From an uncultured Acidimicrobiia bacterium (lineage in GTDB: Bacteria > Actinomycetota > Acidimicrobiia > Acidimicrobiales > CAIXPF01), in the NCBI GenBank assembly GCA_903921205.1, contig CAIXPF010000205.1, positions 26,657-90,656 on the forward strand: a stretch of DNA of 64,000 nt, in the 5' to 3' direction. Position 1 is the first letter of the stretch. Each line of letters opens with the position of its first letter. The notes under the pieces are model-generated. The model searched no databases and was not told the origin of the DNA. It worked only from the letters and a program-made list of their open reading frames with translations. Position numbers and translations under genes: made by a program. Shown here piece after piece: positions 36,464 through 43,578 of the stretch.

Positions 36464-37239
36464 TCGATCTCGAGGCGCATCTCCGCCGGCGCCGCGCCGA
36501 GGGCCGCAAGCTGTTCGTGCCGTACGTGTCCGGCGGGCTCGACGGCGAATGGGTGGACCTGGTGCGGGCCTTCGCCGATGCCGGGGCCGATGCGATCGAG
36601 GTCGGGATCCCGTTCTCCGATCCGGTGATGGACGGCCCGACGATCCAGGAGGCCTCGGTACGCTCCCTGGAGCGGGGGACGACCCCGCACACGGTCGTCG
36701 CGGAGCTGCGGGGGGTGTCCGACGAGATCGGCGTCCCGTTGATCGTGATGACCTACTACAACATCGTCTTCCGGGCCGGTCATCGGCGTTTCGCGCAAGA
36801 GTTGGCCGAGGCGTCCATCTCGGGGGCGATCCTGCCCGACCTGCCGCTCGAGGAGGTCGGCCCGTGGGCCGAGGCGGCCGACGAGGCCGGTGTCGCCACG
36901 GTGCTGCTGGCCGCACCGACCGCTCCTGACGAACGGCTGCCGCGCATCTGCGAGCGGTCGCGCGGGTTCGTCTACGCCGTGTCCCTGCTCGGGGTGACCG
37001 GGGAACGGCAGTCGTTGGCCACCACCGCCGTGGGCATGGCCGAGCGGCTCAAGGCGGTCACCGATCGCCCGGTGATCATCGGGATCGGGATCTCCAACGC
37101 CGAACAGGCCCGTGAGGCCTGCTCGGTCGCCGACGGGATCGTCATGGCCTCGGCGTTGATGCGGCTGCGTCTCGACGGGGCGTCGGTCCAGGAGGTTGCC
37201 GCCGCCGCTCGTAAGGTTCGGGAGGCCATCGATGGCTGA
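36460..37239 (+). CDS. trpA: Tryptophan synthase alpha chain
   Basis: 259 aa with [15 protein letters not shown] and GFVYAVS. Overlaps trpB by 4 nt. Confidence 0.95.
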   Translation: MIDLEAHLRRRRAEGRKLFVPYVSGGLDGEWVDLVRAFADAGADAIEVGIPFSDPVMDGPTIQEASVRSLERGTTPHTVVAELRGVSDEIGVPLIVMTYYNIVFRAGHRRFAQELAEASISGAILPDLPLEEVGPWAEAADEAGVATVLLAAPTAPDERLPRICERSRGFVYAVSLLGVTGERQSLATTAVGMAERLKAVTDRPVIIGIGISNAEQAREACSVADGIVMASALMRLRLDGASVQEVAAAARKVREAIDG

Positions 37240-37633
37240 ATCCGGCGCCACGGGCGGTCCGTCGGTGCCTGAGGTGGCGCCGGAGGACTGCGAGCTGTGC
37301 GAAGCGGCTCGGTTCACCCACTGGTACCACGAGGACGACGTGTGCTGGGTTGCCGATTGCGAGGCCTGCGACTGCCCGATGGTGGTCTGGAAACAGCACG
37401 GCACCGCCGCCCCGGACGACGACATCGAGCACATGATGGCGCAGCTGGCCGCGGCCGGGCGTGAGCGCTTCGGTGACGACCCGTTCACCATCGACCGGGT
37501 TATGCGCCAGATCCCCTGGCACTTCCATGCCCACGCCCGGGATCGGCGTTGGCAGCAGCGGCGCTGGAGCAGCCAGCCGTCCCGCTACAGCGGTGCCGTC
37601 GGTGGCCCGCGGCTGCTGATCGAGACCACCTGA
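37232..37633 (+). CDS. HIT-like (histidine triad) domain protein
   Basis: The ATG at 37232 lies inside the last codons of trpA (ATGGCTGA; the two genes overlap by 8 nt). The protein has CELCE near its N-terminus and an H-x-H-x-H motif (WHFHAHARD). The family assignment is tentative. Confidence 0.5.
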   Translation: MAESGATGGPSVPEVAPEDCELCEAARFTHWYHEDDVCWVADCEACDCPMVVWKQHGTAAPDDDIEHMMAQLAAAGRERFGDDPFTIDRVMRQIPWHFHAHARDRRWQQRRWSSQPSRYSGAVGGPRLLIETT

Positions 37634-37648
37634 CGCGATCGTCCCCGG

Positions 37649-38116
37649 GTGGCCGGCCGTCGGCCACAGGGCCATGATGGTCGGGTGACCGACGAGCAGC
37701 CCGACTCCCGCGCCGACGCACCCGAACGTGAGACGGTCGAGGTCACCGTCTACGAGTTCGTCGGCGGGGAGCCGTTCTTCGCCACGCTGGTCGACCGCTT
37801 CTACGCCGGGGTCATGGCCGACCCGGTGCTGGCGCCGATGTATCCCGTCGACGACCTCGAGGGCGCCAAGTACCGCCTGCGCAGCTTCCTGGTGCAGTTC
37901 TGGGGTGGGCCGGACACCTACAGCCAGGAACGCGGCCATCCCCGGCTGCGGATGCGTCACTTCCCGTTCGCCATCGGCCAGGACGAACGCGACCGGTGGA
38001 TGACCCACATGCGTGCCGCCGTCGAGGCGGCGGAGACCATCCCCGAGGTCAAGGGCATGCTCCTGGGCTACTTCGAGAACTCCGCGACCGCCATGCGCAA
38101 CCAGGCGGATCGCTAG
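37649..38116 (+). CDS. glbO: Group II truncated haemoglobin (trHbO)
   Basis: Contains FVGGEPFFATLVDRFYAGV, MYP and FWGGPDTYSQERGHPRLRMRHFPF, which is characteristic of trHbO. The start is uncertain (GTG at 37649 or GTG at 37685). Confidence 0.8.
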   Translation: MAGRRPQGHDGRVTDEQPDSRADAPERETVEVTVYEFVGGEPFFATLVDRFYAGVMADPVLAPMYPVDDLEGAKYRLRSFLVQFWGGPDTYSQERGHPRLRMRHFPFAIGQDERDRWMTHMRAAVEAAETIPEVKGMLLGYFENSATAMRNQADR

Positions 38117-38152
38117 GAGCGGGCCCCGCCGGGCCGGTAGGGTCCTGGCCCG

Positions 38153-38581
38153 ATGGCTTCGCTTCCCACTCCGCACGAGGTGCTGCCGCACCGGGCCCCG
38201 TTCCTGTTCATCTCCGAGATCCTGGCCCTCGAGCCGGGGGTGCGGGCCGAGGCGAGCTGGCAGCTCACCGGCGAGGAGTTCTTCTTCCCCGGGCACTTTC
38301 CCGGTCGGCCGGTGCTGCCCGGAGTGCTGCAGATCGAGGCCATCGCCCAGTGCGGCGGGCTCACCCTTTGGGGCGACGACCGCTTCGTCGGCAAGCTGGG
38401 CCTGTTCGGCGGCGTCGAGAAGGCCCGGTTCCGTCGTCAGGTGCTGCCCGGCGACCAGCTGCACCTGAGCTTCGAGATGGCTCGGCTCTCCGCTCGAGCC
38501 GGCAAGGGAACCGGCCGTGCGGAGGTCGGCGGCGAACTGGCCTGCGAAGCCGAGCTGTTCTTCGTCATCGTCGACGCCTGA
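38153..38581 (+). CDS. fabZ: 3-hydroxyacyl-ACP dehydratase
   Basis: 142 aa hotdog fold with LPHRAPFLFI and FFPGHFPGRPVLPGVLQIEAIAQ. Confidence 0.9.
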   Translation: MASLPTPHEVLPHRAPFLFISEILALEPGVRAEASWQLTGEEFFFPGHFPGRPVLPGVLQIEAIAQCGGLTLWGDDRFVGKLGLFGGVEKARFRRQVLPGDQLHLSFEMARLSARAGKGTGRAEVGGELACEAELFFVIVDA

Positions 38582-38608
38582 CCGATCGCCGATCGCCGAT
38601 CGCACGCG

Positions 38609-38637
38609 CACGGGCCCGGCATGACGCCGGGCCCGTG
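38609..38637. terminator. GC-rich hairpin between convergent fabZ and fabF (possible bidirectional terminator)
   Basis: CACGGGCCCGGC pairs with GCCGGGCCCGTG in a 12-bp perfect stem around the loop ATGAC. There is no U-tract on either side. It is preceded by (CCGATCG)x3 at 38582-38602. Confidence 0.4.
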
Positions 38638-38660
38638 ACTCGGTGCGTTGTGGTGTCGGG

Positions 38661-39839
38661 TCAGGCCGGGGTCGGGCCGATGACCAGCGAGCCGTTGTGC
38701 CCGCCGAAGCCGAAGCTGTTCGACAGGGAGATGCCCGGCTCCCATGGCCGAGGGTCGCCCAGCACCAGGTCGAGCTGGGTCAGCTCGGGGTCGACCCGGC
38801 TGGTGCAGGCGGTCGGTGGGATGAGGCGGTGCTGCATCGCCAGCAGCACGGCGATGGCCTCGATGGCACCGGCGGCGCCGAGCGCATGGCCGGTGACACC
38901 CTTGGTCGAGGTCACCGCCGGTGACGGCAGTCCGAACACCTTGCCGATGGCTTCCGCCTCGGCGGCGTCGTTCAACGGGGTCGACGTGCCGTGGGCGTTG
39001 ATGTGGCGGATGTCGGTCTTGGCCACGCCGGCGTCGGCGAGGGCCAGCTCCATGCAGGCCACTGCGCCCGAGCCGCCCGGTGAGGGTGCGGTGATGTGGT
39101 AGGCGTCGGCGTTGTTGCCCGCACCGAGGATCTCGCCGTAGATGGTGGCGCCGCGGGCCTTGGCATGTTCGAGTTCCTCGAGTACCAGCACGCCGGAAGC
39201 CTCGGCGATGGCGAATCCGTCGCGCTCGGCGTCGAAGGGCCGGCTGATGCCGGTCCGGGTGAGTGCGGTCATATTGCCGAACCCGGCCAGGGCCGTGGGG
39301 GTGAGGGCCGATTCGGCCCCACCGGCGATCATCACATCGACCATGTCCCAGCGGATGTAGCGCATCGCCGCACCGATGGAGTGGGTCGATGCCGCACAGG
39401 CGGTCACCGTGGTCTCGCACGGCCCCTGGAACCCGTGCCGCATCGACACCGCAGCCGAGGCGGCGTTCGACATCATCATGGGGACCAGGAACGGCGAGAC
39501 CCTGCGGCTGTCCTTCTGGTAATTGACGAGGATCTGCTCCTCGAGCGTTCCCAGGCCACCCACGCCGGTCGCGACGTTGACGCCGATCCGAGCCGGGTCG
39601 GCCTTGAGGTCACCGGCATGCTCGATGGCCATCGCCGCGGCGGCGAGGCCGAACTGGGCGAAGCGGTCGGTGCGCCGTACCTCTTTGGGATTGTCGAAGT
39701 ACGGCGTGGGATCGAACTCGTCAACCCGCCGGATGCCCGGTTCGGGTGTCGAGAGCAGTCCCTGCCAGTACGCGTCGAGACCGATGCCGCAGGGGGCAAC
39801 GACTCCCATGCCGGTCACGACGACCCGACGACGGCTCAT
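38661..39839 (-). CDS. fabF: Beta-ketoacyl-ACP synthase II
   Basis: The ATG at 39839 gives MSRRRVVVTGMGVV.... The active-site Cys lies in TACAAS, and HGTSTPLND and GHALGAAG are present. I rejected the upstream 89 codons of the track ORF. Confidence 0.9.
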   Translation of the reverse strand: MSRRRVVVTGMGVVAPCGIGLDAYWQGLLSTPEPGIRRVDEFDPTPYFDNPKEVRRTDRFAQFGLAAAAMAIEHAGDLKADPARIGVNVATGVGGLGTLEEQILVNYQKDSRRVSPFLVPMMMSNAASAAVSMRHGFQGPCETTVTACAASTHSIGAAMRYIRWDMVDVMIAGGAESALTPTALAGFGNMTALTRTGISRPFDAERDGFAIAEASGVLVLEELEHAKARGATIYGEILGAGNNADAYHITAPSPGGSGAVACMELALADAGVAKTDIRHINAHGTSTPLNDAAEAEAIGKVFGLPSPAVTSTKGVTGHALGAAGAIEAIAVLLAMQHRLIPPTACTSRVDPELTQLDLVLGDPRPWEPGISLSNSFGFGGHNGSLVIGPTPA

Positions 39840-39901
39840 GTTTGGCAATCCCTTCGATCGACCTGGATGCTCGGGGCCGCTCGAGGCGGCACGGCCGGGG
39901 C

Positions 39902-40135
39902 TCAGAGCTTGCCGGTGACCAGTTCGTAGGCCTGGCCGACGGTGGCGATGCCCTCGAGCTCTTCCTCCTCGACAGTGACGTCGAACTCCTCCTCGAGGGC
40001 CATCACCAGCTCGACGAGGTCGAGGCTGTCGGCGTCGAGGTCGTCGGCGAAGCTGGCTTCCATGGTCACCTTGGCCGCATCGACCGACAGCACCTTGACG
40101 GCGCAATCCTTGAAACGTTCGAAGTAGTCAGCCAT
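39902..40135 (-). CDS. acpP: Acyl carrier protein
   Basis: 77 aa with the phosphopantetheine attachment site [13 protein letters not shown]. Confidence 0.9.
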   Translation of the reverse strand: MADYFERFKDCAVKVLSVDAAKVTMEASFADDLDADSLDLVELVMALEEEFDVTVEEEELEGIATVGQAYELVTGKL

Positions 40136-40216
40136 GGGGGTCTTGCTCCTGTGGTGCGAAGGATGGGGGAATGCGAAGTACTCGAAATCTAGTGACTCGG
40201 GGACCGACGGCGCTGC

Positions 40217-40990
40217 TTACGCGCCCATCGTCAGGCCACCGTCGACCGGGACGACGATGCCGGTGACGTACGCGGCGCCGTGGGAGGCGAGGAAGGCGAC
40301 CGCTTCGGCCACCTCGTCCGCCTCGCCGATGCGTCCGGCGGGGACCCCGTCGACCATGGCGGCCCGTTGTGCCTCGGTGAGGGCGTCGGTCATGTCGGTG
40401 GCGATCGGGCCCGGGGCGACGACGTTGACGGTGATGTTGCGCGAGGCGAACTCACGGGCGAGCGAGCGGGCGAGACCCAACAGACCCGCCTTCGACGCCG
40501 CGTAGTTGGCCTGTCCGGCCTGGCCGACCAGACCCACGACCGACGAGACGAAGACGATCCGTCCGTAACGCTGGCGCATCATGGACTTCACGGCCCGCTT
40601 GGCAACCCGGAAGCCACCGGTGAGGTTGGCGTCGAGCACGTCGGTGAAGTCGTCCTCGCTCTTGCGGAGGATGAGCGTGTCCTTGGTGATCCCGGCGTTG
40701 GACACGACGATCTCGACCGGCCCGAAGGCGGCCTCGACCTCGTTGAAGGCGGCCTCGACGTCGGCGGCGGAGGTGACATCAGCCCGCACGGCGAGTACCC
40801 CTTCGGGCAGAACCCCGGGTTCGGGGGCGGCAGTGCGGTACGTGACGGCGACCCGGTGGCCGTCCGCGGCGAAGCGGCGGGCGCAGGCGAGGCCGATACC
40901 TCGGTTACCGCCGGTCACCAACACCGTTCGAGGCTGCTTGTCGGCCAACGTGATCACGCACCATCCCACCGTAGAAGCGCACCGGCCCAC
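40217..40990 (-). CDS. fabG: 3-oxoacyl-ACP reductase (SDR)
   Basis: Contains VTGGNRGIGLA, NAG and YAASKAG. An alternative GTG start lies at 40957. Confidence 0.9.
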   Translation of the reverse strand: MGRCASTVGWCVITLADKQPRTVLVTGGNRGIGLACARRFAADGHRVAVTYRTAAPEPGVLPEGVLAVRADVTSAADVEAAFNEVEAAFGPVEIVVSNAGITKDTLILRKSEDDFTDVLDANLTGGFRVAKRAVKSMMRQRYGRIVFVSSVVGLVGQAGQANYAASKAGLLGLARSLAREFASRNITVNVVAPGPIATDMTDALTEAQRAAMVDGVPAGRIGEADEVAEAVAFLASHGAAYVTGIVVPVDGGLTMGA

Positions 40991-41108
40991 GACAGGCCGG
41001 CGCCGAAGGCGCCCAACACTACGAGATCACCCGGCCGGACCTGGTCACCGGTCCCGGTTCTGCCACGTCACGGCCGGATCGAACGCCGCGACCGGAAGGT
41101 GCGGGCGC

Positions 41109-42296
41109 TCAGGGTGCGGTGCGCAGCCAGGCGACCGGCTGACGGTTGGTCACCCGTTCGCCGTGGTGGGCCAGCAGGCCCATGAGCCAGCCGGTGAAGC
41201 GGGAGCGGACCTCGTGCTCGCCGACCCGGCCGAGCACGTCACCGACCTCGACATGGTGCCCGTCGCGCAGGTTCGCATCGGGGGAGAAGACGCCCGCTGC
41301 CGGGCTGACCACGAGGCGTTCGACGGCGAAGAGGTGCTCGCCATCAGTGGGGGGTGTTTCTTCGGGGGCAATGGTGGCGAGCTCGGTCACGAGCTTGTCG
41401 ACCTCCTGGGGAGTCGAGGCGGAGAAGGTTGTGGCGCCCTCGACGGTTCGCTTCGCCATACCTGTGAGTACGTTACCTGGGCCGAGCTCCACGAGGACGG
41501 ATACCCCGTCCTGCGTCAGCGTGCCGAGCAACTGGCGCCAGCGGACGGGGCTGCACAGCTGACGCGACAGCAGGTCCGGCCAGTCGCCTGCGGCACGGTG
41601 CAGGGCGGCATCGGTGTTGGCGGCCACGGGCACGACGGCGTTGGCGAAGGTCACCGTGGCCAGCGCAGCGTCGAGGCGGGTCTGGGCGGAGCTCATGTAC
41701 GGGGTGTGGAAGGCGCCGCTGACCGCTACCGGCATGACCCGCTTGGCGCCGCGAGCCTTGGCGGCTGCGCCGGCCAGCTCGAGTGCCTCGGCAGAGCCGG
41801 CGATGACGACCTGCCCCGGGGCGTTGGCGTTGGCCAGCCAGACCTCGCCGCCTCCGGCGCGAACCTCGGCGCAGGCCTCCTCGACGAGCTCGTCATCGAG
41901 GCCGAGCACCGCAGCCATCGTGCCGACCCGCTCCAAGCTGGCCTCACGCATCGCAGCGCCGCGTTCGGCCACCAGCCGGCAGCCGGTGCCGAAGTCGATG
42001 ACACCCGCGGCGACCAGGGCGCTGTATTCGCCGAGGCTGTGGCCCGCCACGTGGCTGGTGCCCACTCCGCGTCGGCGGACGGCGTCGAGCACGACCATCG
42101 ACATGACGAAGGTGGCGAGCTGGGCGTTGTGGGTGAGCTTCAGTTCGTCGGCGTCGGCGGTCAGCAGCAGCGCAGCGACATCCCGGCCGCTCGCCGTCGT
42201 CGCCTGGTCGACCAGTGCCCACGACGGCTCGTCACGCCAGGCCTCGCCCATGGCGGGTTTCTGGGATCCCTGGCCGGGAAAGGTGAAGGCGAGCAT
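41109..42296 (-). CDS. fabD: Malonyl-CoA:ACP transacylase with a C-terminal biotinyl/lipoyl-like domain
   Basis: The FabD core has FTFPGQGSQ and GHSLGEY. It is followed by an extra C-terminal region of about 85 aa (VVSPAAGVF...VEVGDVLGRVGEHEVRSRFTGWLMGLLAHHGERVTNRQPVAWL). This follows the hybrid-barrel pattern of BCCP but has no Lys at the AMKM position. Confidence 0.85.
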   Translation of the reverse strand: MLAFTFPGQGSQKPAMGEAWRDEPSWALVDQATTASGRDVAALLLTADADELKLTHNAQLATFVMSMVVLDAVRRRGVGTSHVAGHSLGEYSALVAAGVIDFGTGCRLVAERGAAMREASLERVGTMAAVLGLDDELVEEACAEVRAGGGEVWLANANAPGQVVIAGSAEALELAGAAAKARGAKRVMPVAVSGAFHTPYMSSAQTRLDAALATVTFANAVVPVAANTDAALHRAAGDWPDLLSRQLCSPVRWRQLLGTLTQDGVSVLVELGPGNVLTGMAKRTVEGATTFSASTPQEVDKLVTELATIAPEETPPTDGEHLFAVERLVVSPAAGVFSPDANLRDGHHVEVGDVLGRVGEHEVRSRFTGWLMGLLAHHGERVTNRQPVAWLRTAP

Positions 42297-42543
42297 CGGG
42301 GTGGACTCCGGCGATGGTGGAGGCTGCGGGCCGGTCGTCGTCCGGACGACGGCGCAGCGACGGACAACTGCTTTGACCTCGGATCACCACGGAGGGTTTC
42401 ATGCCGACCACGAGAATGCGCTGTGAGATCGGTCACTCCGAACGACATCGCGCGGTGGGTGAGATCTCCCTACGCTCCGTAGCTTTGCAGGTCGACTGCC
42501 CGTGATGGCGGACCGGTTCGCTGCTGCTACTGTTCCAACGCCC

Positions 42544-42624
42544 GCCCGGGTGGTGGAATGGCAGACACGGAGGACTCAAAATCCTTTGCCGCAAGGCGTG
42601 CGGGTTCGAGTCCCGCCCCGGGCA
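42544..42624 (+). tRNA. tRNA-Leu (anticodon CAA)
   Basis: I folded the cloverleaf by hand. The acceptor stem pairs GCCCGGG with CCCGGGC, with discriminator A. The anticodon stem pairs GAGGA with TCCTT around the loop CTCAAAA. There is a long variable arm (TGCCGCAAGGCGT). The T arm is GCGGG-TTCGAGT-CCCGC. No CCA is encoded. Confidence 0.9.
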
Positions 42625-42678
42625 CTCGCAGCGTTCGGCATGTCGGGCAACGCGGCGGGGCACCTACACTGGCCGGTC

Positions 42679-42984
42679 ATGACCGCACCTGCAGCCATCG
42701 AGCGCCGATTGGCCGAGGTCGGCGCCGAGCTGCGCCGGCTCCGCGAGGACCTGCGGATCGCCGATGAGGAGCTGGCCCACTTCGCGGCCGAGGCCGATGA
42801 CGCCCGGCTCCGCGCCGTCGTCTCCGACGACAAGGCCGCACCGCGGGCCGAGCGTGAGGCCCAGAAGTCCGTCGATGCCATCCAGCGACAGCGCCATCAC
42901 CTCGTCGCCGAGGTGGAACGGCTCGAACGCTCCCAGGACGCGCTCCTCGACGAGCTGAGCGAAGCCCGAAGGACCGCGTCATGA
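42679..42984 (+). CDS. Hypothetical coiled-coil protein (101 aa)
   Basis: The ATG at 42679 lies within track ORF 42502..42984, whose 5' part overlaps the tRNA. The protein is entirely helical and charged. Its stop codon overlaps the pdtaR start (ATGA). Confidence 0.5.
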   Translation: MTAPAAIERRLAEVGAELRRLREDLRIADEELAHFAAEADDARLRAVVSDDKAAPRAEREAQKSVDAIQRQRHHLVAEVERLERSQDALLDELSEARRTAS

Positions 42985-43556
42985 CCCGGGTGGTCATCGC
43001 CGAGGACGAGGCGATCATCCGGCTCGACCTGCGCGAGACGCTCGTCGAGGAGGGTTACGAGGTGGTGGGCGAGACCGGCCGCGGCGACGAGGCCGTCCAG
43101 CTGGTGCGGGACCTTGCGCCCGACCTGGTGATCCTCGACATCAAGATGCCCGGCATGGACGGCCTCGAGGCCGCTCGGCTGATCAACGAGGACCGCCTTG
43201 CGGCGGTGCTGATCCTCACCGCGTTCAGTCAGCGGGAGCTGATCGTGCAGGCGCGGGACGCCGGCGCGCTGGCCTATCTGGTGAAGCCGTTCCAGCGTTC
43301 CGATCTCGTGCCGGCGATCGAGGTCGCACTCGGCAGGTTCGCCGAGATGCGGGCGTTGCAGGAGCAGTCCGCGGACCTCGAGGAACGGCTCGCCACCCGC
43401 AAGCTGCTCGATCGGGCCAAGGGCATCCTGATGGACGCGTGCGGCCTCGGCGAGCAGGCGGCCTTCCGTTTCATCCAGACCACCGCGATGACCGAGCGGT
43501 CCTCGATGAAGGTCGTGGCGGAGCGCATCATCGCCGGGGAACTGCGCCCGGCCTGA
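42981..43556 (+). CDS. pdtaR: Response regulator with an ANTAR RNA-binding output domain (PdtaR-like)
   Basis: 191 aa with a receiver domain (IAEDE...ILDIKMPGMDG...KP) and an ANTAR domain (ATRKLLDRAKGILM...AFRFIQTTAM). Confidence 0.85.
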   Translation: MTRVVIAEDEAIIRLDLRETLVEEGYEVVGETGRGDEAVQLVRDLAPDLVILDIKMPGMDGLEAARLINEDRLAAVLILTAFSQRELIVQARDAGALAYLVKPFQRSDLVPAIEVALGRFAEMRALQEQSADLEERLATRKLLDRAKGILMDACGLGEQAAFRFIQTTAMTERSSMKVVAERIIAGELRPA

Positions 43557-43578
43557 CCCTGCCGTAGCATCGCCGCCG

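Noticed and set aside
42502-42678. The 5' part of ORF 42502..42984
   Set aside because: It is translated straight through the tRNA-Leu gene (…VVEWQTRRTQNPLPQGVRV…). I kept only the portion from the ATG at 42679 as a possible CDS.
42297-42680. A genomic island or integration site at tRNA-Leu
   Set aside because: There is no integrase and no direct repeat of the tRNA 3' end downstream. The flanking genes are housekeeping genes with normal composition.
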